From IMG/VR virus record IMGVR_UViG_3300045922_001038, positions 7,639 to 71,638 of that record: a stretch of DNA of 64,000 bases; one strand, written 5' to 3'. Position numbers and translations under genes: made by a program. The notes beneath the pieces are model-generated. The model had not been told where the DNA came from. It saw only the letters and a list, made by a program, of their open reading frames with translations, and made no database searches. The DNA is from a virus. Shown here piece by piece: positions 21,402 through 31,862 of this stretch; position 1 is the first letter of the stretch; each line of letters opens with the position of its first letter.

Positions 21402-22337
21402 TTAAGCTACAAGCGATTGCAACAAAGTCCTGAAAGCCGCTTTTGACGCAGCGTCAGACTTGAAGTACACTTTTTGGGTAATTGGGCGGCGAGACCTGCG
21501 GTGGCCGAAAGACTCGTTCTCGCTCAGGTGCTCGATGGTAAAGCAATCGTACGTGCTGGAATCCACAACCGCAGTCTGCAAAGAGCTTTGGTTTTGGTTG
21601 AATACGTTGTGCTCCCGGTACTCGGTTTTGTTGACGCCTCCGGAGTGCAGGTATTCCTCCTCCTTCACCATGGCGGCAGTCCCAGCCCCACGCACCCATG
21701 CGACGGTTTGGGTGTTGACGGGGTCCACCCAGTTTTCACCGGCGAACACCACGTTGAAAATGTCCTCTTGGCTGCGGGCTGTCAGCGTAAGCACGTCGCC
21801 CGACACAGTAGAGTTTACAAACCGGTTGGCGTCGTTGTTGATCAGCGTGTTGAACTGGGCCGCCAAATAGTTCTGCGGGTTTGTAGTGCCCACAGGAATC
21901 GAAACGGTGTAGATGCGTGGCATCAACTTGTGCATAAACGGCACATTTTCGGCGCTTCCCTCCACAATCGTTTTCAGTATGTAGGTAAGTCCTGCAGTAA
22001 TGCCGGAACCGCCGCTGGTCATTTCTGCCGTACGCACTTGGGACACAGGGGCTTGGTAAGCGCAATGACGGTAGTACACTACGTTGCCTTGGCCGTCCGA
22101 GTTGTCCCGGGCAATTACGGGCCCGAGGCGGATCGGCTTGTTGAACCCGTCAGCAGCCAACGAAGGGCTGTAAACGGCAAACTGTATCCGCTTGCTGCTG
22201 GTGGTGGCCAATTGGCGGGTGTCGGCATCGATTATGGTAATCTCGCCGGACGTAATGGTGGCTGAGTTGAGGTCCCCTGAAATCGCGTCGTAGGATTCGG
22301 CTACGAACAGGTGGACTGGGTTGGTGTACTGGCTCAT
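21402..22337 (-). CDS. Auxiliary capsid protein (crAss-like)
   Basis: 311 aa; position after ring protein in the MCP block; C-terminal YDCFTIEH...S...PITQKVY pattern. Confidence 0.6.
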   Translation of the reverse strand: MSQYTNPVHLFVAESYDAISGDLNSATITSGEITIIDADTRQLATTSSKRIQFAVYSPSLAADGFNKPIRLGPVIARDNSDGQGNVVYYRHCAYQAPVSQVRTAEMTSGGSGITAGLTYILKTIVEGSAENVPFMHKLMPRIYTVSIPVGTTNPQNYLAAQFNTLINNDANRFVNSTVSGDVLTLTARSQEDIFNVVFAGENWVDPVNTQTVAWVRGAGTAAMVKEEEYLHSGGVNKTEYREHNVFNQNQSSLQTAVVDSSTYDCFTIEHLSENESFGHRRSRRPITQKVYFKSDAASKAAFRTLLQSLVA

Positions 22338-22340
22338 GGG

Positions 22341-23027
22341 TTATTCGTGGTTGGTTATTTCGTTGATTTGTGTTTGGTAGCGACTCAAGTGCTCGATGGA
22401 TTCCAAAGCCTTCCGAACGCTCAAATTCACTATTTCGGTGTGGGTGTGGGCTGGTAAATCACAGTTGACGCTGGGCGAAATGCTGACTGTGTTTGGGCGA
22501 CGCAAGTACGTTATCCGGTACAGTTGCGACGTGTAACGCGTAGTGGACAATTTTTCCCCGAAAAACAACGTAAACCCATCTGCCGTAATGATCTTGTTTG
22601 GAGTCAACGGAGTGGACCGGTTGAATGGGTTCATTTCCACCTCTTGAAGGTCGTCTACTTGGCGCGTTTTAATGTGCCCGGTAAACTCCTTTTGGCAAAC
22701 CGCGTCGAACAAACGGTATTGGTCCGCCAAATAAAACCAATACGGGAACGCAGGGGCGTCCAACAGGCTCACCGGCAAAACGTACCCCCCAAGGTTGTTG
22801 TTGTAGTACGGAGCAATCGCTACGTAACTGCCTACAATTACCAAAGACCGCAGGTCATCGATTCGTTTTTGGGTTTGTTCAAATTCTCTGTACCGGGTTT
22901 TAACGAACTCTTCGATCCCTAGGTTTAGGTAATGCACGATTTCGTCCGGCGTAAACTCGTCCAGCGTAAGCGAATCGGTTTTATCCAACAGCAGCTTGAA
23001 CTGGCGAACCATTTCCAACGTAGTCAT
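22341..23027 (-). CDS. Ring protein (conserved crAss capsid-block gene)
   Basis: 228 aa; MTTLEMVRQFKLLLDKTDS...PDEIVHYLN, YLRRP, CDLPAHTHTEIV. Confidence 0.7.
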   Translation of the reverse strand: MTTLEMVRQFKLLLDKTDSLTLDEFTPDEIVHYLNLGIEEFVKTRYREFEQTQKRIDDLRSLVIVGSYVAIAPYYNNNLGGYVLPVSLLDAPAFPYWFYLADQYRLFDAVCQKEFTGHIKTRQVDDLQEVEMNPFNRSTPLTPNKIITADGFTLFFGEKLSTTRYTSQLYRITYLRRPNTVSISPSVNCDLPAHTHTEIVNLSVRKALESIEHLSRYQTQINEITNHE

Positions 23028-23920
23028 TACCCAACCTCTTTTAAGATTGCCGCTTTTACGTTGACAAAACCGGGCTGGTCAAGGGTGTTCATTGCTTCTT
23101 CCAACGTCCGCCCTAGGTTGGTGCGCTCGTGGTAGTACCCGTCGGAGCCCTTTTTGATCAAGCCACGGCTGTACGCCTTGAACACCAAGATCCGTTGCGC
23201 ACGGTTTGGGTCCTGCATGTAGTTTATGAACCGTTGCGTGTTTCCCGGCCCGCTGAACACTTCCTCAGAAAGCATCGCCACCACTTCCGTGTCGTTCATG
23301 TTGATGGGGACGATGCCGTAAAGGTAGAGCAGCTCCCGTTTGTCGTACACCGACATGCTGGAAAGCAGAATGGCCGCTTCTTGCATGGCAGTGTATTTCT
23401 TGACTTGGTTTTTTGCCGTTTCCTGTGGGTCCAAAATGACAAACTTGGCACCGGGCTTGTTGGAACGGTCCTGCTCCCCGTCGGCTACCATCTTGTTGGT
23501 CCGCAACACTTGGTAAGTCAGGTAGTCCAAAGGGTCCGACATGTCCAGTTTGCGCACCGAATGGGTCAACAGGATGCGGAACTCCGACATGAAGTCGCGG
23601 TACGACTTGCCCGTTACCCGTTGGAACGCCGGGTTTTTGTCGTATTCGTCTTCCGTGATGCCCGCTTTCCAGCGTATCACACCGTGTTGGCTGCGCTCGC
23701 TGTCTATAGTGGCGGACAGGAACACGATCGCGTTCGACGAAAACGCCTTTTTGTCAAGCGGGTCCGGGGAAGTGATGGGCGTGATGTACTTGTACACCGG
23801 CAGCTCGTCCGTTGGCGCTTTGGTTGCGGCCGGCTCGACAGTTGTTTTCACTTCGTCCACTTGTGTCAACGTTGCAAAAGGATCCACAATTGACGTAGAG
23901 TCTTGTTTGCGAGTACGCAT
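23027..23920 (-). CDS. Conserved crAss-like protein following MCP (gene 75-like)
   Basis: 297 aa; LDMSDPLDYLTY and C-terminal GLIKK..DGYY....LG.T.EEA. Confidence 0.65.
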   Translation of the reverse strand: MRTRKQDSTSIVDPFATLTQVDEVKTTVEPAATKAPTDELPVYKYITPITSPDPLDKKAFSSNAIVFLSATIDSERSQHGVIRWKAGITEDEYDKNPAFQRVTGKSYRDFMSEFRILLTHSVRKLDMSDPLDYLTYQVLRTNKMVADGEQDRSNKPGAKFVILDPQETAKNQVKKYTAMQEAAILLSSMSVYDKRELLYLYGIVPINMNDTEVVAMLSEEVFSGPGNTQRFINYMQDPNRAQRILVFKAYSRGLIKKGSDGYYHERTNLGRTLEEAMNTLDQPGFVNVKAAILKEVG

Positions 23921-23947
23921 AATAGGCTGTGTTTGAGGTTTTGGTAC

Positions 23948-23971
23948 AAATAAGGGGGTATTGCTACCCCC
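23948..23971 (-). terminator. Terminator after major capsid gene
   Basis: Minus strand GGGGGTA-GCAA-TACCCCC-TTATTT. Confidence 0.65.
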
Positions 23972-23977
23972 GTGTGG

Positions 23978-25438
23978 TTACGAGAAGCTTTTGACCAGTT
24001 GCCCGCAAGCGTACGGGTTTTTGACCATGATGCCTTCCTGCTTGAGCCAGTGTTGGGTGTACCCGTCCACGCCAGAGCTGCGCATCGGGGTAACCGTTTG
24101 GCCGGGAGGCGCGTGAGAACCGGCTTCAAACCAGTAGCGCAGCGAGCGGTCTTCCCCATTGCCGGCCTTGTGCACAATCTGGATGTTGGGTTCCCCGTTG
24201 TAGTCGCTCATGTCCATGAACACCAGACGGAAACTCTCTTTTGGAAGGCCTGTGGCAGGGTCGCGGTCAGTAAACAGCTTGGGGTTGTCCATCATGGGGT
24301 CGTGGACCACCGTTACGGTCGTCCCAAACAGCCCTTCGTAAGTGATCCACTGGTTGGGCGCGTACATCAGCGATTTCCCGTTCCGCATCACGTAGTACTT
24401 GCCCAAGTCGGTGGTGTTGGGGTTGGACTTGACGGCGTCCTTGATCGCGTTTTGGACCTCGCGGTACCCACCGGCCCCCGTACGCAACACGAACCGGGTG
24501 CCCGAGCTGGCGTTGGCCTGCATTTGCAAGTGCATCAGGTACTCTTGCAGGTAGCCTTCCGTCATGTTCGTGTAGGTGCCTTGGTTGCTGTTTGCGATTT
24601 GGGCCAAGAAGCCTGCCCCTGCCTTGATGGGGCGGCCGTTTTTGCCGAAGATGGTGAAGTCGCCGCTTGGCGTTTCGGTCTTCTCCCCGTACTGCAACCA
24701 GTACTCAGCCCCTTGCAAGAGCTCCTGGAGCGCAAGCCATTCCTCGAAAGCGCACCAATACGTCATTTTCTGGCCATCGATGGTAAAGTCGATCGCGGCC
24801 ACCTCGGTGAGCGCGTCGCCCGTAACCGTGATGGTCTTGCGCATCGTGGTCATGATGTTCTCGAAATAGATGGGGCTGGGAGACGAAGTGCCCGACCCTT
24901 GGTCCGAAAACTCTTCGTAAATGCCCGTCCCGATCTTGGCCACCTGCTTGCCGACGGCAACCGCAGCGGGGTCCACGAACGAATCGGGGCTCGCGTTCAC
25001 CAGCTGGAGCGTGTACGTCCAAGTCCCGTCGACCATGAAAGGCTCCTCCATGACGCGGGCGTGGGAACCGTCCCCGTAGCGGATCACGTCGCCGGGGGAA
25101 AAGTAGCGGTCCTCAAACCGGTGCGTCCAAGTGGAGTTCAGGATTCCCACGTTGGTGGCGGGAGTCGGGGTGTCCACGATGTTGACCGCTTTTTGCAGTT
25201 CCGGCATCATAGCCCATTGGAACTTGCCGTTGGGGGCGCTTATCGTAGTTACCCGGCCAAGCCCTTCCGTAAGGAAACGGAACATGTACTTCTTTCCCAA
25301 GAACTGTGAAACTACGCCCAGCATGTAGGGCTTAGTCATCAACGCGTTCGTTAGGCTGTTCGTATCGGTGAACCCGGCTTTTTCGTTCCATCGAACCCGC
25401 CGGATTTGTAGGTTGTTGACTTTCGTTGATGCTGACAT
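23978..25438 (-). CDS. Major capsid protein (crAss-like, HK97 fold)
   Basis: 486 aa; FTDTNSL, YTLQL, YEEFS, GRPIKAGAG, TGAGG, HDPMMD, DGYTQH motifs; strong codon bias; follows portal and scaffold. Confidence 0.9.
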   Translation of the reverse strand: MSASTKVNNLQIRRVRWNEKAGFTDTNSLTNALMTKPYMLGVVSQFLGKKYMFRFLTEGLGRVTTISAPNGKFQWAMMPELQKAVNIVDTPTPATNVGILNSTWTHRFEDRYFSPGDVIRYGDGSHARVMEEPFMVDGTWTYTLQLVNASPDSFVDPAAVAVGKQVAKIGTGIYEEFSDQGSGTSSPSPIYFENIMTTMRKTITVTGDALTEVAAIDFTIDGQKMTYWCAFEEWLALQELLQGAEYWLQYGEKTETPSGDFTIFGKNGRPIKAGAGFLAQIANSNQGTYTNMTEGYLQEYLMHLQMQANASSGTRFVLRTGAGGYREVQNAIKDAVKSNPNTTDLGKYYVMRNGKSLMYAPNQWITYEGLFGTTVTVVHDPMMDNPKLFTDRDPATGLPKESFRLVFMDMSDYNGEPNIQIVHKAGNGEDRSLRYWFEAGSHAPPGQTVTPMRSSGVDGYTQHWLKQEGIMVKNPYACGQLVKSFS

Positions 25439-25466
25439 TGCTTGCCTTTGGATTGTTAATCGATGC

Positions 25467-25474
25467 CAAAGTTA
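25467..25474 (-). promoter_or_regulatory. Bacteroidota primary-sigma -7 element (TAnnTTTG) upstream of MCP
   Basis: Minus strand TAACTTTG about 29 nt upstream of the MCP ATG in an AT-rich intergenic gap. Confidence 0.55.
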
Positions 25475-25548
25475 TATGCGTAGGTTGGCTTACAGCTGGT
25501 TATGGAGTTTTATTGTGCATAACCATTTTATAGCATAACCAAAATAGG

Positions 25549-26601
25549 TTATGAAAAGAACTCCTCCATAAGAAGCTCGGCTTTGGTGGGCGCCTTGGCG
25601 ACCGGGGCGGAACTGGCGCGCGTGGAGGCGTCGCTTGGCTTTCCCAGCTTTTCGATCAGTTTCCGCACCGCCGGGGTCTGCTCCTTGGACTCCACTTTCG
25701 TTTTGTCGATGCCTTTCATTTCCAAAAAGGCCACCTTCAAAACCAAGTCGGGGTCTTGCTTGTACTTCGCCCCGCGCGGGGTGAGGCCCGTCTTCGGGTC
25801 CACTTTGTACAGGTAGTCGAACAGCTCGGACTTCAGCTTGGGGGTCAACTGGTACCCCGCTATTTCGGCCATGGACTCAATCGCCTTCTTTACGCCTTCC
25901 CGCTGTTGTTCGAACTGGCGCTGCTGTTCTTCCTGCTTCTTCTTTTGCTCCTGCACGATGGCTTCTTTCTTCGATTTTTCCAGCGCCTTCAGGTCTTCGA
26001 GCGCGTCCAAGGCAAAGTCCTCCAACTCTTCCGCTTCCTTGGCCACTTTCACCAACTTCTCGATTTTCTCGCGCTTGAAGTTTTTGCTTTCCAGCAACGC
26101 ACGGTAAACGCGCTCTTGCATCGCCGCGTCCTTTTGGAGCGTTTCAGGCGAGATGGCTTCGTACGACTCGGGTGCCGCGTAATACTGTGCGTAGAAATCG
26201 CGCGGCGTACCCCCAGCCTTGACGAAATCGTTGAGCGCCTGGACTTCAGGCGACGCAAAGGCGCGGCTTTCCGCACTGTTTTCAATCACGTTGTCGATAA
26301 ACGCGAGAAAAGACTCCTCGTCGTTGAAATCCACTTCGCTTTTCAGCGCGTTGATGTCGTCGTCGGACCACCCCCACTTTTTCCCAAGCGCCTTGGCAAA
26401 GTAGAAATAGTTAAGGTCTTCGTCTTCGTTGCCGGCTTCCTCCGTGACTGTGTCAGTTTGGACCTTTTGTTCTTGCTCTTGTTCCTCCACGTCGCGTTCG
26501 TCCACGATGTCCGGGTCTTCAGCGGTAGCCTCGGGCACGTCCAGTTGTTGGGGATCGTCCGACATGAACTCTTCAAACGGGTCTTTCACTGTAGTTGACA
26601 T
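25549..26601 (-). CDS. Scaffold-like acidic coiled-coil protein
   Basis: 350 aa, very acidic N-terminus and coiled coil; between portal and MCP. Confidence 0.7.
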   Translation of the reverse strand: MSTTVKDPFEEFMSDDPQQLDVPEATAEDPDIVDERDVEEQEQEQKVQTDTVTEEAGNEDEDLNYFYFAKALGKKWGWSDDDINALKSEVDFNDEESFLAFIDNVIENSAESRAFASPEVQALNDFVKAGGTPRDFYAQYYAAPESYEAISPETLQKDAAMQERVYRALLESKNFKREKIEKLVKVAKEAEELEDFALDALEDLKALEKSKKEAIVQEQKKKQEEQQRQFEQQREGVKKAIESMAEIAGYQLTPKLKSELFDYLYKVDPKTGLTPRGAKYKQDPDLVLKVAFLEMKGIDKTKVESKEQTPAVRKLIEKLGKPSDASTRASSAPVAKAPTKAELLMEEFFS

Positions 26602-26611
26602 ACTGTTTGGG

Positions 26612-29029
26612 TTAGGGTTTGAGTTTTAGTTCTTTGTTTTTCAGTTCCGCTTCGGTTTCAAGTTTTTCACGCTCCAGTTGGCGGTCTTTTTCGCGTTGTT
26701 CCATTTCCTCGCGGAGCTTGACTTCCTTGAACTGCTGTTCGGCCGCCACGTACTCCTTGCTGTTGCGCAAGTCGTCCTTGATTTTGGCATTGGCGGCTAT
26801 CTCCGCGACCTTCAGCTTGGTCTCGTTGTCCTCGCGGTTCATCTGCATTTTGGCTTCCAACTCCATCTGCCTTGCCTGCAACTCTTGTTGCAGCTGACTT
26901 GCCTGCTCGGACGCCTGCTCCTGCATCATCGCCTTGCGCGCCTCTTTCGCCAATTCCAAAATGACCTTCTTGTGGTTGACCGAATCGGCTTCCAACACCG
27001 CCACTACGTCGGACAGTTGCAGCTGGTCGTTTTGCAATGCCGCCAAAGCGTTGGCTTCCAAGAACTGGCTGATTTTCTCGTACTTGGCGTGGTTGCTCAG
27101 GTGGAGGTCAAACTCCGCCAGCGAATATACCTGCCCTTCAATGTCGAAAAGCCGCTGCACGTCGTCGTCCAAGAAGTAGTACCCTTTTTTCCCGTCTTTC
27201 CAGCATATGGTGGATATGTCCAATAGCTGCTTCAGCGCGCGGATGCGGGCAAGCGAGTGGAGGTAAAATATGTGCTCGGTTACGTAGGCGGATTGCTGGA
27301 TGGCGCTGGATACCCCGCCTGCCGTTTCGTACTGCGATATGGAGCCCTTTGACTGCCTGCTGATGCCGCTCGATTCCTCGGCCATCAGTTGAAGTTTGTC
27401 CAGTATCGCTATGTAGGACGCGATCGAGTTAGCCAGTGAAAGGTCCAGCGTCTGGAAGTTGGACCACCGTGGGGTAGTGCCGGCTTGGCTTCCTCTCCCT
27501 TCCTCCATGGAATTGACGAACGCGATGCCCATCGTTTCCAGGTAGTACATGAACCGGTTGATGTTGAACCCTTCCGAAAAAGGGATTTGGGCTATGTCAA
27601 ACAAACCAACCTGCCCTTTGGCCTTCGCGATCGTAAGCTCCAAGCGGTACATTATGATGTTGTACAGCATTTGGTACGGCTTCAGCCGCTCCATCAACGG
27701 GTACTGGACCTTCACCCCGCAATACCCCAACTTGACCTCCATCGGGTTGGACAAAGACCGGTACTGGTTGGGCTTCACTTGGTAATGGATCACGCGGTCG
27801 TCGTTCACTTGGACGGCTTCCCACACCTCTTGGACCCAATACCACACGAGCGTTTCCCCTTTGGGCGAAGTGTGGACTTCCCTCATGGCGTTGTTTACGT
27901 ACTCGGTCGACTTTTTCCACCCTTTGGTCGGAAAGTATTCGTCCACTATGGATTCCACGTAGTCCTCTTCCCCCTCTTCGTGGCGTGTCAGATGGCCCAC
28001 CTTCCGCAGCGTCTTCCACTCGTAGTTCACCACTTTCACCGCCGTGTTGGACGTTACGACAGGTTCAGGGACGGAAAACCGTTTCCCTTTGCACTGCTCC
28101 AAGTAGTCGATGTCTTCCTCCACCAGGTATTCCCCGTATTCGTCGTACACTTGGTTGACCGAAATGTAGCGGGTCTCGCACGCCCAAGAAGCGTCTTCGA
28201 TAAAATGCGTCTCTGCGGAGCAATCGTACTCCAGATACCGGGAATCCACCACGCGCAAGTACGGTTCCCCGTAGCGCTTCCCTACGTAGTAACAGTCCAA
28301 GTACGAGCACAACAGGTTGTCAAGCCCTTTCAAAAACTTGAACCTGAGGTTGTTCTGTTCCCACAAATAGCGAAGGGCAATGTCCCCGTACTTTTCCAGC
28401 TTGTCCTTGTACGATACGTTTACGTCCCGCTCGATTTCCTGCGCGCTTTGGACCGGCACTTTGGAGGCCATTTCGACCGCCTGCGGGTTGACCAAAGGGG
28501 CGACCTCCGGGTTCCTGCTTAGCGCCAGCACCAAGTCCCGTTCGATTTGTTCCCGTATCCGTTCGTTCTTTTCGTCCAGCTTTTTTGATATGGTCTCCAT
28601 GTTGGTGGACACCACCCGCACGTCCAACGGGCGCTTGATCTCCTCCCCCCGTATGCGCTCGATCGACGTGGACAAAATGTCATAGTGGTGCAGCTTGGCA
28701 GGGGATTTTGGCTTCCCGGCCGTGGGCAACCGCTGCTCGTCGCCCATGTACGAATTGAACTTGTCGATGTAGTCGACCATCGACGTGTTGAACCGCCCTT
28801 GCAGCAGCTCGTAGTTGTCCAAGATGTGGGTTGACGCGGAAGGGTTCTGCTGCTGGAAATGGGTGTACTGCTGCCGAAACCCCATTATCGTGTTTCGTAC
28901 CCATTCCGCCACTGAACCGTACAGCTCTATTTTTTCCGCCTCCGTGAGCTTTTGAGGGGGAATAAACCCTTCGTTGGCTTCCTTCCGGGACTCTAGCTGG
29001 GCGACAAACGAATTAAGGGGGGAGCTCAT
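26612..29029 (-). CDS. Portal protein
   Basis: 805 aa; IRGEEIKRP, LKPYQMLYNIIMYRLE, SGISRQSKG; follows terminase. Confidence 0.9.
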   Translation of the reverse strand: MSSPLNSFVAQLESRKEANEGFIPPQKLTEAEKIELYGSVAEWVRNTIMGFRQQYTHFQQQNPSASTHILDNYELLQGRFNTSMVDYIDKFNSYMGDEQRLPTAGKPKSPAKLHHYDILSTSIERIRGEEIKRPLDVRVVSTNMETISKKLDEKNERIREQIERDLVLALSRNPEVAPLVNPQAVEMASKVPVQSAQEIERDVNVSYKDKLEKYGDIALRYLWEQNNLRFKFLKGLDNLLCSYLDCYYVGKRYGEPYLRVVDSRYLEYDCSAETHFIEDASWACETRYISVNQVYDEYGEYLVEEDIDYLEQCKGKRFSVPEPVVTSNTAVKVVNYEWKTLRKVGHLTRHEEGEEDYVESIVDEYFPTKGWKKSTEYVNNAMREVHTSPKGETLVWYWVQEVWEAVQVNDDRVIHYQVKPNQYRSLSNPMEVKLGYCGVKVQYPLMERLKPYQMLYNIIMYRLELTIAKAKGQVGLFDIAQIPFSEGFNINRFMYYLETMGIAFVNSMEEGRGSQAGTTPRWSNFQTLDLSLANSIASYIAILDKLQLMAEESSGISRQSKGSISQYETAGGVSSAIQQSAYVTEHIFYLHSLARIRALKQLLDISTICWKDGKKGYYFLDDDVQRLFDIEGQVYSLAEFDLHLSNHAKYEKISQFLEANALAALQNDQLQLSDVVAVLEADSVNHKKVILELAKEARKAMMQEQASEQASQLQQELQARQMELEAKMQMNREDNETKLKVAEIAANAKIKDDLRNSKEYVAAEQQFKEVKLREEMEQREKDRQLEREKLETEAELKNKELKLKP

Positions 29030-29038
29030 AAAGCAAGG

Positions 29039-31033
29039 TTACGAAAAATGGCTATGGAAAACGCTCCAACTGCTGCTAAACTCTTCCGCTCTGCGGTCTT
29101 TCACGACTATCTTGTGGTCTTCCTGTAATTGGATCATCACCATCATGAACGCCATCACACGGTCCGAGTTGACTACCCCATCGTACCGTATAAGTTCGGC
29201 GATCAAGTTTTTGTCCTGCAACGTATGGAGTCGCAATTCGTTCGATTCCCCAACCACTTCGGTCAACCAGTCGTTTATCCAAGTTTCACCAGCACGTTTT
29301 ATCTCTTTCGTCATGTGGACGCCTTTCCCACGGTTCACCTGACTCTGCGAAATTATGGATTTGATGGTGTTTTTTGGTTCATCTTTAAGTAAATAGAGTT
29401 TGTTACGCTTATAGTAATGGTTTTTCATGTCCTTAAACATGTTTTCGTGCAGGCACTTTGCATTGTAGTATTCCTGCAACAGTATGCAGGTGTCGTAAAA
29501 AGCCTCGCTCCGGTCTGGCCTCCCCACGTAAGAAGCCACTATGATGTCGGACGTCTGGGACGCATCGATAAACCGCTTGTAAATGTAGATGGCCCCCAGC
29601 GAATCACCCGACGAAGTGTCCTGCGAATACGGGTCGCACCCGGCAATGTACAAATTGTCTGGCACCTTCGAGTTCCCCCCGAAGTACGGGTGTTCGTAAA
29701 TTACCACGCACCCCTCCTTTTCCGTGGGCTTGTACGGGTAAGCCGCCTCGACCGCCTTGTCGTCCGGGTTCCAGATGACGGTGGACCCGTTGTGCGACAA
29801 ATACCCCCGTTGACCCAGCTTTGCGGCCTGTCCGTGGGCTTGCAGGTAGGACAGGTGCGCGTTCAGTAGCCCGGCTGGGAAACAGGCTCCGGACGTGCGC
29901 AGGAAGGCCTCCCTCGGGCACAGCGGGTACTGCGTGAGGTTGTTCTCGTACACCTTCTGGTTGTTGGAACTCCGCGCCTGCCTGCGGCCTTCCAGTATCA
30001 CTTTCTTGGCCGCCTCGATGTCGGAGTTCCCGTCCTCGTCTATGTAGGGGTACTTGAACATGTAGTCGGGGACAAAAAACCCGCACGCGTTGTGCTCCTG
30101 CCCTTCGTCCCACACGTTCTTGAACGCCCTGAATCCGTACGCGTGGGGGGAGTAAAACATTTTTTCAAAATCGACCGTGCCTTTGTCCATGTCCCCGCCG
30201 GTACCCCATATCAACGGGGTGCCGATCCGGACGGACCCTTCCCGCAAGGCAGGGTCGATTTTCCCGTACGCGTCCAACAGGCCGGGCCACTTCCCGGCCT
30301 CCTCGAACGACCACAAATCCGCCGTCTTGCCGATCCCTTTGTCCGGGTTGTCTTGGAAAGACAACGTAATGATCTGAGAACGAAACCCTTTTTTTATCTG
30401 TTTCCCATTGGATATGTCGATGAACCCCGACTCGATGTGGTCTTTCCTGTCCACCAGCCTTCGCTTCGACCAGGCGGTGTGCTGGTCGACAAAAGTCAGC
30501 ATGTCCAGCACCATCCGCATCGTAAAGTTCGCGTACTCGGAATCGTACGCCGAGATGATGCAGATGGATTCCCGCTGGAACGAATACCGCCGGGCCTTCA
30601 AGGCGGCCGCCTTGAACGAAAAGCCCTTGCGGCGGGCCTTCCCCACGATCATCCCTTCGCCGGCCAGCTCGGCCAGCTCGAACTGGGTGAAGAAATGGTA
30701 GTCAATGTCCAAAAAGCGCGGGAACTGCAAGCTTTTCTTCAGCTTCTTGTTCGGCGAAACGTCCCCGAGGGCCCGTATCGGGCAATAGTTCAGGTAAAAG
30801 TAGTGGTCCCCCGTGATACGTACCCCGTTCACCGTGTACCCTTCCTGCACCCTCCGCTCCTCCTCGTCCCAAAACTCGTCGTACGACAACGTCCCTTCGG
30901 GGGCGTCCGTGTACGCGCCGGTTTCGTTGAAAACGGCAGCCGCAGGGCTGAACAAGTGGGTGTCCTTGAACCGGTAGTTTTCGTACCGGAGTTCGACAAC
31001 CGGCTTTTCCCGGGACGATATCACTTCATCCAT
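29039..31033 (-). CDS. terL: Terminase large subunit
   Basis: ITGDHYFYLNY, Walker A KARRKGFS, Walker B FEEAG, GTGGD, nuclease IAGCDPY and DRVMA. Confidence 0.95.
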   Translation of the reverse strand: MDEVISSREKPVVELRYENYRFKDTHLFSPAAAVFNETGAYTDAPEGTLSYDEFWDEEERRVQEGYTVNGVRITGDHYFYLNYCPIRALGDVSPNKKLKKSLQFPRFLDIDYHFFTQFELAELAGEGMIVGKARRKGFSFKAAALKARRYSFQRESICIISAYDSEYANFTMRMVLDMLTFVDQHTAWSKRRLVDRKDHIESGFIDISNGKQIKKGFRSQIITLSFQDNPDKGIGKTADLWSFEEAGKWPGLLDAYGKIDPALREGSVRIGTPLIWGTGGDMDKGTVDFEKMFYSPHAYGFRAFKNVWDEGQEHNACGFFVPDYMFKYPYIDEDGNSDIEAAKKVILEGRRQARSSNNQKVYENNLTQYPLCPREAFLRTSGACFPAGLLNAHLSYLQAHGQAAKLGQRGYLSHNGSTVIWNPDDKAVEAAYPYKPTEKEGCVVIYEHPYFGGNSKVPDNLYIAGCDPYSQDTSSGDSLGAIYIYKRFIDASQTSDIIVASYVGRPDRSEAFYDTCILLQEYYNAKCLHENMFKDMKNHYYKRNKLYLLKDEPKNTIKSIISQSQVNRGKGVHMTKEIKRAGETWINDWLTEVVGESNELRLHTLQDKNLIAELIRYDGVVNSDRVMAFMMVMIQLQEDHKIVVKDRRAEEFSSSWSVFHSHFS

Positions 31034-31036
31034 GGC

Positions 31037-31549
31037 CTACTGTTCCCGTTTGCTGATGCTGCCCCCGCCCCGGTGGGTGGACTGGGCGACTTTTTCCTTC
31101 CTGACCTGCTCCTCCAGCGTGTTCAACGACACGATGATGTCCTTGACCTCCTTCAGGCTTTTCGACACCTTTCCCACGTTGTCGTCGGTTATCTCCACCT
31201 CTTGGAAATACTTGCCCAATTTGTGCGCTGCGAGGCGGGACGACTCAAGCAGGCGTATGGATTCGGACGTGGACAGCTCCTTGTACAAGCCGACGCACTT
31301 CTTGACGTAATCCGGGATGTCCTGCCCCTCGTTTTTCAACAGCTCCGACCGTATTTTGGCGTCCCTTTCCTCTTCCGGGAACACGGAATACGGGCTTTCG
31401 AAGTCGGCCATGAAATAAATGTACTTGGCCCACAGCTGCTGGGCGGACTTGTCGCCCGACGACTGCACGAGCCGTTCAAAAGACGGCAAAGTAGACGCTT
31501 GGCTGGTAAACGAAGCCTCACCCTTTGCGTTGATCTGTATCAGTTTCAT
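31037..31549 (-). CDS. Conserved protein upstream of TerL (possible terminase small subunit)
   Basis: 170 aa; YIYFMAD..SPY and C-terminal RGG; position next to terL. Confidence 0.5.
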   Translation of the reverse strand: MKLIQINAKGEASFTSQASTLPSFERLVQSSGDKSAQQLWAKYIYFMADFESPYSVFPEEERDAKIRSELLKNEGQDIPDYVKKCVGLYKELSTSESIRLLESSRLAAHKLGKYFQEVEITDDNVGKVSKSLKEVKDIIVSLNTLEEQVRKEKVAQSTHRGGGSISKREQ

Positions 31550-31862
31550 TCGCGTTTTGCTGCTTTTTTGCGTTGTACTCGATATCCTTCAGCTTCCGCC
31601 ATTTTCTCCTGTACTCTTGGCTTTCAAATCTGCCAAAGCTAGGTATGGGAACGCGTGGGAAAAACTTCTCTTCCGGCTTTACCGTCCTCGATATACCGTC
31701 CCACAAAGACATGTACAGCACAAACAACTGGTCTTTCGAGTATTCCGGAAACTTTTCGTGCGTCCGGTCCACCAACCGCTTCCTGCGCTCGGGAGCCATG
31801 CGGCTTTTGAACAGCTCGATCATGTACCGTTTGTCAGACTCGTCTTTCTTTGGCTTGAACAT
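31518..31862 (-). CDS. Small basic IHF/HU-like protein
   Basis: 114 aa; VPIPSFGRF resembles the HU/IHF beta-arm motif. Confidence 0.45.
   Translation of the reverse strand: MFKPKKDESDKRYMIELFKSRMAPERRKRLVDRTHEKFPEYSKDQLFVLYMSLWDGISRTVKPEEKFFPRVPIPSFGRFESQEYRRKWRKLKDIEYNAKKQQNANETDTDQRKG

Noticed and set aside
23972-31642. Long plus-strand ORFs (445, 280, 345, 516 aa) opposite capsid, scaffold, portal and terminase genes
   Set aside because: Antisense shadows caused by strong codon bias; no recognisable motifs.
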